Shown here: in pieces, positions 1 through 11,135 of the stretch
Layout: every line of letters starts with the position of its first letter
Numbering within the stretch: position 1 is the first letter of the stretch
DNA from: a phage
Sequence record: PX530564.1
Direction: 5' to 3' (one strand)
DNA length: 58,765 bases
Translations under genes and position numbers: made by a program
The notes under the pieces: model-generated
What the model was told of the DNA's origin: nothing
What the model saw: only the letters and a program-made list of their open reading frames with translations
Database searches by the model: none

Positions 1-78
1 CAAGTAGCACTCGTAGTAGTCGGTGCTTGTTGCCTAGCGGCAGCCTGTGCTTGCGTGTGGTGCTTCGTCAATTGTTAA
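1..78 (+). CDS. 3' end of a small Cys-rich hydrophobic protein, partial (runs off window start); possibly the gene 1.4 equivalent
   Basis: Open frame from position 1 (..ALVVVGACCLAAACACVWCFVNC) ending TAA 76-78 at the phi1.5 promoter; no start codon inside window. Confidence 0.3.
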   Translation, partial: QVALVVVGACCLAAACACVWCFVNC

Positions 79-98
79 TACGACTCACTAAAGGAGGT
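76..98 (+). promoter_or_regulatory. T7 RNAP class II promoter (phi1.5-like)
   Basis: TAATACGACTCACTAAAGGAGGT, one mismatch to T7 consensus; directly upstream of gene 1.5. Confidence 0.85.
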
Positions 99-103
99 AC
101 ACA

Positions 104-196
104 ATGATGTACTTAATGCCACTACTGATTGTTATCGTTGGGTGCCTTGCGCTGCACTATAGTGACAACGACGATATGCCAGATGGTCACGCCTAA
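104..196 (+). CDS. 1.5: gene 1.5 small membrane protein (29 aa)
   Basis: ATG 104 after promoter, MMYLMPLLIVIVGCLALHYSDNDDMPDGHA, TAA 194-196; matches T7 gp1.5 size and position. Confidence 0.65.
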   Translation: MMYLMPLLIVIVGCLALHYSDNDDMPDGHA

Positions 197-202
197 TATT
201 CC

Positions 203-225
203 TAATACGACTCACTAAAGGAGAC
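203..225 (+). promoter_or_regulatory. T7 RNAP promoter (phi1.6-like)
   Basis: TAATACGACTCACTAAAGGAGAC upstream of gene 1.6. Confidence 0.85.
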
Positions 226-230
226 ACTAT

Positions 231-491
231 ATGTTTCGACTTCATTACAACAAAAGCCTTAAGGGTTTCTCAGTTCGCCGTGCTGACCGTTCAATCGTAT
301 GTGCGAGCGAGCGCCGAGCTAAGCTACCTCTTATTGGTGACACAGTTCCTTTGGCACCGAGCGTCCACATCATTATCACTCGTGGTGACTTTGAGAAAGC
401 AATAGACAAGAAACGTCCGGTTCTTAGTGTGGCAGTGACCCGCTTCCCGTTCGTCCGTCTGTTACTCAAACGCATCAAGGAGGTGTTCTAA
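231..491 (+). CDS. 1.6: gene 1.6 protein (86 aa)
   Basis: ORF track 231..491; position and sequence as T7 gp1.6; second copy at 36408. Confidence 0.85.
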   Translation: MFRLHYNKSLKGFSVRRADRSIVCASERRAKLPLIGDTVPLAPSVHIIITRGDFEKAIDKKRPVLSVAVTRFPFVRLLLKRIKEVF

Positions 492-1132
492 TGGGTTGCA
501 TAGCTTGCTTAGAGAAAGACGACCGTTATCCACACACTTGCAACAAAGGAGCTAACAATATGACCGAACGTGAACAAGAGATTATCATTCAGTTGATAGA
601 TAATAACGAGGGTCGTAGCGGGGACACATCTGGTTGCGGACTGTTCTGCGCTGGAGTACCTTGCGGCGAGTGTCCTGTGACAAACGATGGGCACATTACT
701 CTAGGTGAAATCCGAGCGATGGACCCGCGTAAACCTCACCTGAATAAACTTGAGGTAACTCCTACAGATGACCAGCCTTCAACCGAGGAACACAGCGATG
801 GAATGGTGTGTAACTGCGAGCGTGACTACGATACAAGTGATGGACACGCACTAGACTGTTCAATCCGCGGTGTCAACTCCCAAGCCAATGTGGTCGATGG
901 TGTCACTAATCCGTCCCATTACATGCTGTTCGACGACATTGAGGCTATCGAAGTGATTGCCCGTTCAATGACTCGTGAGCAGTTTAAAGGGTACTGCTTT
1001 GGGAACATCCTTAAGTATCGCCTACGGGCTGGTAAGAAGTCCGAACTGGCTTACTTAGAGAAGGACATGGCGAAAGCGGGGTTCTATGGTGAACTGTATG
1101 AGAAACATAAGGACAAGTGCTATGACTCTTAA
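491..1132 (+). CDS. 1.7: gene 1.7 nucleotide kinase-like protein (213 aa)
   Basis: ORF track; start overlaps 1.6 stop; Cys-rich N-terminal region and conserved C-terminus (..NPSHYMLFDDIEAIEVIARSMT..). Confidence 0.85.
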   Translation: MGCIACLEKDDRYPHTCNKGANNMTEREQEIIIQLIDNNEGRSGDTSGCGLFCAGVPCGECPVTNDGHITLGEIRAMDPRKPHLNKLEVTPTDDQPSTEEHSDGMVCNCERDYDTSDGHALDCSIRGVNSQANVVDGVTNPSHYMLFDDIEAIEVIARSMTREQFKGYCFGNILKYRLRAGKKSELAYLEKDMAKAGFYGELYEKHKDKCYDS

Positions 1133-1212
1133 CGATATTCTGTACTTAGGGTTAATTTTCGCTGGAGCAGGCGCGTTACTTCGCTTAATGTATTGGGCCA
1201 TAGAGGTGGAAT

Positions 1213-1525
<313 letters not shown>

Positions 1526-1528
<3 letters not shown>

Positions 1529-1548
1529 TACGACTCACTATTGGGAGA
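1526..1548 (+). promoter_or_regulatory. T7 RNAP promoter phi2.5-like
   Basis: TAATACGACTCACTATTGGGAGA overlapping gene 2 stop. Confidence 0.8.
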
Positions 1549-1594
1549 AGACTCCCTTTGAGAAACTAAATGAAACCGAAAGGAGACTAACATT

Positions 1595-2302
1595 ATGGCT
1601 AAGAAGATTTTCACCTCTGCGCTGGGTATTGCTGAACCTTACGCTTACATCTCCAAGCCGGACTACGGCAACGAAGAGCGTGGCTTTGGGAACCCTCGTG
1701 GTGTTTATAAAGTTGACCTGACCATTCCTAACAAAGACCCGCGTTGTCAACGTATGGTCGATGAAATCGTGAAGTGTCACGAAGAGGCTTATGCTGCTGC
1801 CGTTGAGGAATATGAGGCCAACCCGCCAGCCGTAGCTCGTGGTAAGAAACCACTGAAACCGTATGAGGGCGACATGCCGTTCTTCGATAACGGTGACGGT
1901 ACGACTACCTTTAAGTTCAAATGCTACGCGTCCTTCCAAGACAAGAAGACCAAAGAGACCAAACACATCAATCTGGTAGTGGTGGACTCCAAGGGCAAGA
2001 AGATGGAAGACGTTCCGATTATCGGTGGTGGCTCTAAGCTGAAAGTCAAGTACTCTCTTGTTCCGTACAAGTGGAACACTGCTGTAGGTGCCAGCGTTAA
2101 GCTGCAACTGGAATCCGTGATGCTGGTCGAACTGGCTACCTTTGGTGGCGGTGAAGACGATTGGGCTGACGAAGTTGAAGAGAACGGCTATGTTGCCTCT
2201 GGTTCTGCCAAAGCGAGCAAACCACGCGACGAAGAAAGCTGGGACGAAGACGACGATAATGAGTCCGAAGAAGAAGAAGCAGACGAAGACGGAGACTTCT
2301 AA
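1595..2302 (+). CDS. 2.5: gene 2.5 ssDNA-binding protein (235 aa, acidic C-terminal tail)
   Basis: ORF track; acidic tail ..DEDDDNESEEEEADEDGDF typical of T7 gp2.5. Confidence 0.9.
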   Translation: MAKKIFTSALGIAEPYAYISKPDYGNEERGFGNPRGVYKVDLTIPNKDPRCQRMVDEIVKCHEEAYAAAVEEYEANPPAVARGKKPLKPYEGDMPFFDNGDGTTTFKFKCYASFQDKKTKETKHINLVVVDSKGKKMEDVPIIGGGSKLKVKYSLVPYKWNTAVGASVKLQLESVMLVELATFGGGEDDWADEVEENGYVASGSAKASKPRDEESWDEDDDNESEEEEADEDGDF

Positions 2303-2758
2303 GTGGCTGGCGCATACGCTGCGCGTGGAATCCGAAAGGTCGGGACATTCCGTTCCGGCCTAGAAGATAAAGTCTCTAAGCAGCTAGAGGGTAAGGGCAT
2401 CAAGTTCGACTATGAACTATGGAAAATCCCTTACGTTGTCCCTGCGAGCAACCATGTGTATACTCCAGACTTCCTGCTGCCGAACGGAATCTTTATTGAA
2501 ACCAAAGGTTTATGGGAGAGTGACGACCGAAAGAAACACTTACTGATTCGCGAACAGTTTCCTGAACTAGACATACGTCTGGTGTTCTCAAGCTCCCGCA
2601 CCAAGCTGTACAAAGGGTCTCCGACCAGTTACGGTGAGTGGTGCGAGAAGCACGGCATACTGTTTGCTGACAAATTAATTCCTGTAGAATGGCTCAAAGA
2701 ACCCAAAAAGGAGGTGCCATTTGACAAGCTAAAGCAATCTAAGGGAGGAAAGAAATAA
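2303..2758 (+). CDS. 3: gene 3 endonuclease I (Holliday junction resolvase)
   Basis: ORF track, GTG start immediately after 2.5 stop; (M)AGAYAARGIRKVGTFRSGLEDKVSKQLEGKGIKF.. as T7 endo I. Confidence 0.9.
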   Translation: MAGAYAARGIRKVGTFRSGLEDKVSKQLEGKGIKFDYELWKIPYVVPASNHVYTPDFLLPNGIFIETKGLWESDDRKKHLLIREQFPELDIRLVFSSSRTKLYKGSPTSYGEWCEKHGILFADKLIPVEWLKEPKKEVPFDKLKQSKGGKK

Positions 2759-3213
2759 TGGCCCGTGTACAGTTTAAACCGCGTGAATCTACCGAAGCAA
2801 TCTTTGTTCACTGCTCAGCGACTAAACCTAGCCAGAACGTAGGTGTCCGTGAGATTCGTCAGTGGCATAAAGAGCAAGGTTGGTTGGACGTAGGGTATCA
2901 CTTTATCATCAAACGCGATGGTACTGTGGAGGAAGGTCGAGACGAGATGGCTGTAGGTTCCCACGCTAAGGGACACAACCACAACTCAATCGGTGTCTGC
3001 CTTGTTGGTGGTATTGACGATAAAGGTAAGTTCGACGCTAACTTTACGCCAGCCCAAATGCAATCCCTTCGCTCACTGCTTGTCACACTGCTGGCTAAGT
3101 ACGAAGGCTCTGTGCTGAAAGCTCACCATGATGTTGCACCGAAGGCTTGCCCTTCGTTCGACCTTAAGCGTTGGTGGGAGAAGAATGAGTTGGTCACATC
3201 TGACCGAGGTTAA
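2758..3213 (+). CDS. 3.5: gene 3.5 lysozyme / N-acetylmuramoyl-L-alanine amidase (151 aa)
   Basis: ORF track; MARVQFKPRESTEAIFVHCSATKPSQNVGVREIRQWHKEQGWLDVGYHFII.. as T7 lysozyme. Confidence 0.92.
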   Translation: MARVQFKPRESTEAIFVHCSATKPSQNVGVREIRQWHKEQGWLDVGYHFIIKRDGTVEEGRDEMAVGSHAKGHNHNSIGVCLVGGIDDKGKFDANFTPAQMQSLRSLLVTLLAKYEGSVLKAHHDVAPKACPSFDLKRWWEKNELVTSDRG

Positions 3214-3214
3214 T

Positions 3215-3239
3215 TAATTGAACTCACTAAAGGGAGACC
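3215..3239 (+). promoter_or_regulatory. T7 RNAP promoter phi3.8-like
   Basis: TAATTGAACTCACTAAAGGGAGACC between lysozyme and gene 4. Confidence 0.75.
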
Positions 3240-3269
3240 ACAACGGTTTCCCTTTGTTCGCAATGTTGA

Positions 3270-4988
<1,719 letters not shown>

Positions 4989-5052
4989 TGTGAACCCATA
5001 TGGACACAGACCGGACGATTCGTGTCTGTGCTCCTATTGCGTATTCAGAGAT

Positions 5053-5075
5053 TAATACAACTCACTAAAGGAGAC
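5053..5075 (+). promoter_or_regulatory. T7 RNAP promoter phi4.3-like
   Basis: TAATACAACTCACTAAAGGAGAC upstream of gene 4.3. Confidence 0.7.
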
Positions 5076-5080
5076 ACATC

Positions 5081-5293
5081 ATGTTCAAACTGATTAAGAA
5101 GTTAGGCCAACTGCTGGTTCGTATGTACAACGTGGAAGCTAAACGCCTGAACGATGAGGCTCGTAAAGAGGCAACCCAGTCACGCGCTCTGGCGATTCGC
5201 TCCAACGAACTGGCTGACAGTGCATCAACTAAAGTTACCGAAGCTGCCCGTGTAGCAAACCAAGCTCAACAGCTTTCCAAATTCTTTGAGTAA
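5081..5293 (+). CDS. 4.3: gene 4.3 protein (70 aa)
   Basis: ORF track; MFKLIKKLGQLLVRMYNVEAKRLNDEARKEATQSRALAIRS.. Confidence 0.8.
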   Translation: MFKLIKKLGQLLVRMYNVEAKRLNDEARKEATQSRALAIRSNELADSASTKVTEAARVANQAQQLSKFFE

Positions 5294-5312
5294 TCAAACA
5301 GGAGAAACCATT

Positions 5313-5582
5313 ATGTCTAACGTAGCTGAAACTATCCGTCTATCCGATACCGCTGACCAGTGGAACCGTCGAGTCCACATCAACGTCCGCAACGGTAAGG
5401 CGACTATGGTTTACCGCTGGAAGGACTCTAAGTCCTCTAAGAATCACACTCAACGTATGACGCTGACAGACGAGCAAGCACTCCGTCTGGTCAATGCCCT
5501 TACGAAAGCTGCCGTGACAGCAATCCATGAAGCTGGTCGCGTCAATGAAGCTATGGCTATTCTCGATAAGATTGATAGCTAA
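5313..5582 (+). CDS. 4.5: gene 4.5 protein (89 aa)
   Basis: ATG 5313 with GGAGA RBS inside ORF 5286..5582. Confidence 0.8.
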   Translation: MSNVAETIRLSDTADQWNRRVHINVRNGKATMVYRWKDSKSSKNHTQRMTLTDEQALRLVNALTKAAVTAIHEAGRVNEAMAILDKIDS

Positions 5583-5583
5583 G

Positions 5584-5622
5584 AGTGGTATACTCAAGGT
5601 CGCCCAAGTGGTGGCCTTCATG
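5584..5622 (+). promoter_or_regulatory. RNase III processing hairpin (R4.7-like)
   Basis: ACTCAAGGTCGCCC..GGTGGCCTTCATGG inverted repeat, the recurring T7 RNase III site motif. Confidence 0.45.
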
Positions 5623-5625
5623 GAT

Positions 5626-5650
5626 ACTATTCGACTCACTATAGGAGACA
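5626..5650 (+). promoter_or_regulatory. T7 RNAP promoter phi4.7-like
   Basis: ACTATTCGACTCACTATAGGAGACA. Confidence 0.7.
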
Positions 5651-5655
5651 TTATC

Positions 5656-6063
5656 ATGCGTGACCCTAAAGTTATCCAAGCAGAAATCGCTAAACTGGAA
5701 GCTGAATTGGAGGACGTTAAGTACCATGAAGCTAAGACTCGCTCCGCTGTTCACATCTTGAAGAACTTAGGTTGGACTTGGACAAGACAGACTGGCTGGA
5801 AGAAACCAGAAGTTACCAAGCTGAGCCATAAAGTGTTCGATAAGGACACAATGACCCACATCAAAGCTAGTGATTGGGTGAAGGTCGACATGGGAGTTGT
5901 TGGTGGATATGGCTACGTCCGCTCAGTTAGTGGTAAATACGCACAAGTGTCATACATCACAGGTGTTACCACACGAGGAGCAATCGTTGCTGATAAGACC
6001 AACATGATTCACACAGGCTTCTTGACAGTTGTCTCGTATGAAGAGATAGTTAAGGCACGATAA
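5656..6063 (+). CDS. 4.7: gene 4.7 protein (135 aa)
   Basis: ATG 5656 (MRDPKVIQAEIAKLEAELE..) inside ORF 5527..6063. Confidence 0.8.
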   Translation: MRDPKVIQAEIAKLEAELEDVKYHEAKTRSAVHILKNLGWTWTRQTGWKKPEVTKLSHKVFDKDTMTHIKASDWVKVDMGVVGGYGYVRSVSGKYAQVSYITGVTTRGAIVADKTNMIHTGFLTVVSYEEIVKAR

Positions 6064-6081
6064 TCAATAGGAGAAATCAAT

Positions 6082-8196
6082 ATGATCGTTTCTGACATCG
6101 AAGCTAACGCCCTCTTAGAGAGCGTCACTAAGTTCCACTGCGGGGTTATCTACGACTACTCCACCGCTGAGTACGTAAGCTACCGTCCGAGTGACTTCGG
6201 TGCGTATCTGGATGCGCTGGAAGCCGAGGTTGCACGAGGCGGTCTTATTGTGTTCCACAACGGTCACAAGTATGACGTTCCTGCATTGACCAAACTGGCT
6301 AAGTTACAGTTGAACCGAGAGTTCCACATTCCTCGTGAGAACTGTATCGACACCCTTGTGCTATCACGTTTGATTCACTCGAACCTCAAAGACACCGATA
6401 TGGGTCTTCTGCGTTCCGGTAAGTTGCCCGGAAAACGCTTTGGGTCTCACGCTTTGGAGGCGTGGGGTTATCGCTTAGGTGAAATGAAAGGTGAATACAA
6501 AGACGACTTTAAGCGGATGCTTGAAGAGCAGGGTGAAGAATACGTTGACGGAATGGAATGGTGGAACTTCAACGAAGAGATGATGGCCTATAACGTTCAG
6601 GACGTTGTGGTCACTAAGGCTCTCCTTGAGAAGCTACTCTCTGACAAACATTACTTTCCTCCTGAGATTGACTTTACGGACGTAGGATACACTACTTTCT
6701 GGTCAGAATCCCTTGAGGCCGTTGACGTTGAACATCGTGCTGCATGGTTACTAGCCAAACAGGAGCGTAATGGGTTCCCGTTTGACACGAAAGCAATCGA
6801 AGAGTTGTACGTAGAGTTAGCTGCTCGACGCTCTGAGTTGCTGCGTAAATTGACCGAAACGTTCGGTTCGTGGTATCAACCTAAAGGCGGCACTGAAATG
6901 TTCTGCCATCCGAGGACTGGTAAACCACTTCCTAAGTATCCTCGCATTAAGACACCTAAAGTTGGTGGCATCTTTAAGAAGCCCAAGAACAAGGCACAGC
7001 GAGAAGGTCGTGAGCCTTGCGAACTGGATACCCGTGAGTACGTTGCTGGTGCTCCTTATACTCCGGTCGAGCACGTAGTGTTTAACCCTTCGTCTCGTGA
7101 CCACATTCAGAAGAAACTCCAAGAGGCTGGATGGGTCCCGACTAAGTTCACCGATAAGGGTGCTCCTGTGGTGGACGATGAGGTACTCGAAGGAGTACGT
7201 GTAGATGACCCTGAGAAGCAAGCTGCTATCGACCTCATTAAAGAGTACTTGATGATTCAGAAGAGAATCGGACAGTCTGCTGAGGGTGATAAGGCTTGGC
7301 TTCGTTACGTTGCTGAGGACGGTAAAATTCATGGTTCTGTTAATCCCAACGGCGCTGTTACTGGTCGCGCTACTCACGCTTTCCCTAACCTCGCACAGAT
7401 ACCCGGTGTCCGTTCTCCTTATGGTGAGCAGTGCCGCGCTGCTTTTGGCGCTGAACATCACCTAGATGGTGTTACTGGTGAGCCTTGGGTTCAGGCTGGT
7501 ATCGATGCGTCCGGTCTGGAGCTACGCTGCTTGGCACATTTCATGGCTCGCTTTGATTACGGTGAGTACGCTAGAGAGATTCTTCATGGCGACATCCACA
7601 CTAAGAACCAGCTAGCTGCCGAATTACCTACCCGTGATAACGCCAAGACGTTCATCTATGGGTTCCTCTATGGCGCTGGTGATGAGAAGATTGGACAGAT
7701 TGTTGGTGCTGGTAAAGAGCGCGGTAAGGAACTCAAGAAGAAATTCCTTGAGAACACCCCAGCGATTGCTGCACTCCGCGAATCTATCCAACAGACACTT
7801 GTCGAGTCCTCTCAGTGGGTCGCTGGTGAGCAACGAGTCAAATGGAAACGCCGCTGGATTAAAGGTCTGGATGGTCGTAAAGTACACGTTCGTAGTCCGC
7901 ACGCTGCGTTGAATACCCTCCTGCAATCTGCTGGTGCTCTCATCTGCAAACTGTGGATTATCAAGACAGAAGAGATGCTCGTAGAGAAAGGCTTGAAGCA
8001 TGGCTGGGATGGGGACTTTGCGTACATGGCGTGGGTACACGATGAAATCCAAGTAGGTTGCCGTACCGAAGAGATTGCTCAGGTGGTAATTGAGACCGCA
8101 CAAGAAGCAATGCGCTGGGTTGGAGACCACTGGAACTTCCGGTGTCTTCTGGATACCGAAGGTAAGATGGGTCCTAACTGGGCCGTATGTCACTAA
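6082..8196 (+). CDS. 5: gene 5 DNA polymerase (704 aa, family A with 3'-5' exonuclease and thioredoxin-binding region)
   Basis: ORF track; [26 protein letters not shown].. and polymerase motifs ..[13 protein letters not shown].., ..WVHDEIQ.. Confidence 0.97.
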   Translation: MIVSDIEANALLESVTKFHCGVIYDYSTAEYVSYRPSDFGAYLDALEAEVARGGLIVFHNGHKYDVPALTKLAKLQLNREFHIPRENCIDTLVLSRLIHSNLKDTDMGLLRSGKLPGKRFGSHALEAWGYRLGEMKGEYKDDFKRMLEEQGEEYVDGMEWWNFNEEMMAYNVQDVVVTKALLEKLLSDKHYFPPEIDFTDVGYTTFWSESLEAVDVEHRAAWLLAKQERNGFPFDTKAIEELYVELAARRSELLRKLTETFGSWYQPKGGTEMFCHPRTGKPLPKYPRIKTPKVGGIFKKPKNKAQREGREPCELDTREYVAGAPYTPVEHVVFNPSSRDHIQKKLQEAGWVPTKFTDKGAPVVDDEVLEGVRVDDPEKQAAIDLIKEYLMIQKRIGQSAEGDKAWLRYVAEDGKIHGSVNPNGAVTGRATHAFPNLAQIPGVRSPYGEQCRAAFGAEHHLDGVTGEPWVQAGIDASGLELRCLAHFMARFDYGEYAREILHGDIHTKNQLAAELPTRDNAKTFIYGFLYGAGDEKIGQIVGAGKERGKELKKKFLENTPAIAALRESIQQTLVESSQWVAGEQRVKWKRRWIKGLDGRKVHVRSPHAALNTLLQSAGALICKLWIIKTEEMLVEKGLKHGWDGDFAYMAWVHDEIQVGCRTEEIAQVVIETAQEAMRWVGDHWNFRCLLDTEGKMGPNWAVCH

Positions 8197-8213
8197 TTCT
8201 ATAGGAGGACCTT

Positions 8214-8441
8214 ATGGCACGGCGCTATAGGATTCGCGAAGTTCGAATGGCTACAGGCGAGACTTTATACTACCCACAGTTCCGTCATGCGTGGCTACCA
8301 TTCTGGTTCCACTTTAAGGGCTACACAGTAGAACGCAGGGTGTCATTCACTTATTATGCCGAAGCATTGGGGTTCATCAATGAATGTAAACTAAATGATG
8401 AACCTGAGGAACGGAATGTTATCAGAAACCACTATCTTTAA
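8214..8441 (+). CDS. hypothetical protein (75 aa), block-A-specific insertion between gene 5 and gene 5.5
   Basis: ORF track; AGGAGG RBS 8 nt upstream of ATG; no equivalent in block D where gene 5 abuts 5.5 directly; no recognisable motif. Confidence 0.5.
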   Translation: MARRYRIREVRMATGETLYYPQFRHAWLPFWFHFKGYTVERRVSFTYYAEALGFINECKLNDEPEERNVIRNHYL

Positions 8442-8454
8442 AGGAGAAATCATT

Positions 8455-8754
8455 ATGGCTATGACCAAGAAATTTAAAGTGTCCTTTGACGTTACCGCTA
8501 AGATGCCGTCTGACGTTCAGGCAATCATCGAGAAAGACATGCTGCACTTGTGTAAGCAGGTTGGCTCCGGTGCTATTGTCCCAGATGGTAAGCAGAAGGA
8601 AATGATTGTCCAGTTCCTGACACACGGTATGGAAGGCGTGATGACGTTCGTAGTGCGTACAGCGTTTCGTGAGGCTGTCAAGGACATGCACGAAGAGTAT
8701 TCCGATAAGGACTGCTTCAAGCTATCTCCTGCAACTGTACGGGAGGTGTTCTAA
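8455..8754 (+). CDS. 5.5: gene 5.5 protein (99 aa)
   Basis: ATG 8455 with AAGGAG RBS inside ORF 8395..8754; MAMTKKFKVSFDVTAKMPSDVQAIIEKDMLHLCKQ.. Confidence 0.85.
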   Translation: MAMTKKFKVSFDVTAKMPSDVQAIIEKDMLHLCKQVGSGAIVPDGKQKEMIVQFLTHGMEGVMTFVVRTAFREAVKDMHEEYSDKDCFKLSPATVREVF

Positions 8755-8963
8755 TGTCTGACTACCTGAAAGTACTGCAAGCAATCAAAGGTTGCCCTAA
8801 GACTTTCCAGTCCAACTATGTACGGAACAATGCGAGCCTCGTAGCGGAGGCCGCTTCCCGTGGTCACATCTCATGCCTGACTACGAGTGGACGTAACGGT
8901 GGAGCTTGGGAAATTACCGCTTCCGGTACTCGCTTTCTGAAACGAATGGGAGGATGTGTCTAA
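8754..8963 (+). CDS. 5.7: gene 5.7 protein (69 aa)
   Basis: ORF track; start overlaps 5.5 stop. Confidence 0.8.
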   Translation: MSDYLKVLQAIKGCPKTFQSNYVRNNASLVAEAASRGHISCLTTSGRNGGAWEITASGTRFLKRMGGCV

Positions 8964-9121
8964 TGGTACGTGACACTGTAACTATTCCTCGTGATGCGTG
9001 GAACGATATGCAGGGTTATATTGATTCTCTGGAACGTGAGAACGATAGCCTTAAGAACCAGCTTATGGAAGCTGACGAGTACGTAGCTGAACTAGAGGAG
9101 AAACTTAATGGCGCTTCTTGA
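8963..9121 (+). CDS. 5.9: gene 5.9 protein (52 aa), RecBCD inhibitor in T7
   Basis: ATG 8963 overlapping 5.7 stop; MVRDTVTIPRDAWNDMQGYIDSLERENDSLKNQLMEADEYVAELEEKLNGAS. Confidence 0.75.
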   Translation: MVRDTVTIPRDAWNDMQGYIDSLERENDSLKNQLMEADEYVAELEEKLNGAS

Positions 9122-10010
9122 CCTTAAACAATTCTACGAGTTACGTGAAGGCTGTAACGATAAAGGCATCCTTGTGATGGATGGCGACTGGTTAGTCTTC
9201 CAAGCTATGAGTGCCGCCGAGTTTGATGCCTCTTGGGAGGAAGAGATTTGGCACCGCTGCTGTGACCACGCTAAGGCCCGTCAGATTCTTGAGGATTCCA
9301 TCAAATCCTACGAGACCCGTAAGAAGGCTTGGGTAGGCGCTCCGATTGTCCTCGCGTTCACCGATAGTGTTAACTGGCGTAAAGAACTAGTTGACCCGAA
9401 CTATAAGGCTAACCGTAAGGCCACGAAGAAACCTGTAGGTTACTTTGAGTTCCTTGAGGCTCTCTTCGAGCGAGAAGAGTTTTACTGCATTCGTGAGCCG
9501 ATGCTTGAGGGTGATGACGTTATGGGGGTTATTGCTTCCAATCCGTCTGCATTCGGTGCTCGTAAGGCGGTAATCATCTCGTGCGATAAGGACTTTAAGA
9601 CCATCCCTAACTGTGACTTCCTGTGGTGTACCACTGGCAACATCCTGACTCAGACAGAAGAATCAGCGGACTGGTGGCATCTCTTCCAGACCATCAAAGG
9701 TGACATTACCGATGGTTACTCAGGGATTGCCGGATGGGGTGATACCGCTGAGGACTTCTTGAATAACCCGTTCATTACCGAGCCTAAGACCTCTGTGCTT
9801 AAGTCTGGTAAGAATAAGGGGCAGGAGGTTACTAAATGGGTTAAACGCGACCCTGAGCCTCATGAGACGCTTTGGGACTGCATTAAGTCCATCGGTGCGA
9901 AGGCTGGTATGTCCGAAGAGGATATCATCAAGCAGGGCCAGATGGCTCGAATCCTACGGTTCAACGAGTACAACTTTATCGACAAGGAGATTTACCTGTG
10001 GAGACCGTAG
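9108..10010 (+). CDS. 6: gene 6 5'-3' exonuclease (300 aa)
   Basis: ORF track; FEN/PIN-like 5' nuclease at the T7 gene 6 position. Confidence 0.92.
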   Translation: MALLDLKQFYELREGCNDKGILVMDGDWLVFQAMSAAEFDASWEEEIWHRCCDHAKARQILEDSIKSYETRKKAWVGAPIVLAFTDSVNWRKELVDPNYKANRKATKKPVGYFEFLEALFEREEFYCIREPMLEGDDVMGVIASNPSAFGARKAVIISCDKDFKTIPNCDFLWCTTGNILTQTEESADWWHLFQTIKGDITDGYSGIAGWGDTAEDFLNNPFITEPKTSVLKSGKNKGQEVTKWVKRDPEPHETLWDCIKSIGAKAGMSEEDIIKQGQMARILRFNEYNFIDKEIYLWRP

Positions 10011-10021
10011 CGTATATCGGT

Positions 10022-10111
10022 ATGGGCCTTTGTGGTCTCGGAGTGTTCCTCATTGCGTGGGGACTTTGGGACTTAGCCAGAACAATCAAGGCGTTACACG
10101 ACACTAAGTGA
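10022..10111 (+). CDS. 6.3: gene 6.3 small hydrophobic protein (29 aa)
   Basis: ATG 10022, MGLCGLGVFLIAWGLWDLARTIKALHDTK, TGA 10109-10111. Confidence 0.5.
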   Translation: MGLCGLGVFLIAWGLWDLARTIKALHDTK

Positions 10112-10131
10112 TAAACTCAAGGTCCCTAAAT

Positions 10132-10154
10132 TAATACGACTCACTATAGGGAGA
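10132..10154 (+). promoter_or_regulatory. T7 RNAP class III promoter phi6.5-like
   Basis: TAATACGACTCACTATAGGGAGA exact consensus, embedded in a CTCAAGGTCCC..GGGGCCTTTATGAT hairpin (R6.5-like). Confidence 0.9.
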
Positions 10155-10208
10155 TAGGGGCCTTTATGATTATTACTTTAAGATTTAACTCTAAGAGGAA
10201 TCTTTATC

Positions 10209-10463
10209 ATGTTGACACCTATTAACAATTTACTTAAGAACCCTAACGATATTCCAGATGTACCTCGTGCAACCGCTGAGTATCTACAGGTTCGATTCAA
10301 CTATGCGTACCTCGAAGCGTCTGGTCATATAGGACTTATGCGTGCTAATGGCTGTAGTGAGGCCCACATCTTGGGTTTCATTCAGGGTCTACAGTATGCC
10401 TCTAACGTCATTGACGAGATTGATGTACGTAAGGAACAACTAAGAGATGATGGGGAGGATTGA
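10209..10463 (+). CDS. 6.5: gene 6.5 protein (84 aa)
   Basis: ORF track. Confidence 0.8.
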   Translation: MLTPINNLLKNPNDIPDVPRATAEYLQVRFNYAYLEASGHIGLMRANGCSEAHILGFIQGLQYASNVIDEIDVRKEQLRDDGED

Positions 10464-10467
10464 CCTT

Positions 10468-10734
10468 ATGTGTTTCTCACCGAAAGTTAAAGTTCCGAAG
10501 ATGGATACCAATCAGATTCGAGCCGTTGAACCAGCGCCTCTGACCCAAGAAGTGTCAAGCGTGGAGTTCGGTGGGTCTTCTGATGAGACGGATACCGAAG
10601 GCACAGAAGTGTCTGGACGCAAAGACCTCAAGGTCGAACGCGATGATTCAGTAGAGAAATATAAAGCTACGAATACTGGTTCCGCTCGTATGAAATCTTC
10701 AATCCGTAAGTCTGCATTCGGAGGCAAGAAGTGA
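10468..10734 (+). CDS. 6.7: gene 6.7 protein (88 aa; virion and ejected protein in T7)
   Basis: ATG 10468 inside ORF 10447..10734; MCFSPKVKVPKMDTNQIRAVEPAPL.. Confidence 0.8.
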   Translation: MCFSPKVKVPKMDTNQIRAVEPAPLTQEVSSVEFGGSSDETDTEGTEVSGRKDLKVERDDSVEKYKATNTGSARMKSSIRKSAFGGKK

Positions 10735-11135
10735 TGTCTGAGTTCACATGTGTGGAGGCCAAAAGTCGCTTCCGTGCAATCCGGTGGACTGTAGAGCACC
10801 TTGGGTTGCCTAAAGGATTCGAAGGACACTTTGTAGGATACAGCCTCTACGTTGATGAAGTTATGGACATGTCTGGTTGTCGTGAAGAGTACATTCTGGA
10901 CTCTACCGGAAAACATGTAGCGTACTTCTCGTGGTGCGTAAGCTGTGACATTCACCACAAAGGAGACATTCTGGATGTAACGTCCGTTGTCATTAATCCT
11001 GAGGCAGACTCTAAGGGCTTACAGCGATTCCTAGCGAAACGCTTTAAATACCTTGCAGAACTCCACGATTGCGATTGGGTGTCCCGCTGTAAACATGAAG
11101 GCGAGACAATGCGTGTATACTTTAAGGAGGTATAA
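10731..11135 (+). CDS. 7: gene 7 protein (134 aa)
   Basis: ORF track; position as T7 gene 7. Confidence 0.8.
   Translation: MMSEFTCVEAKSRFRAIRWTVEHLGLPKGFEGHFVGYSLYVDEVMDMSGCREEYILDSTGKHVAYFSWCVSCDIHHKGDILDVTSVVINPEADSKGLQRFLAKRFKYLAELHDCDWVSRCKHEGETMRVYFKEV

Noticed and set aside
1538-2107. 189-aa reverse-strand ORF inside gene 2.5, and similar antisense ORFs at 6817..7461, 10952..11434 and 45178..45822
   Set aside because: Fully embedded antisense to well-supported + strand genes, with no signals; treated as spurious.
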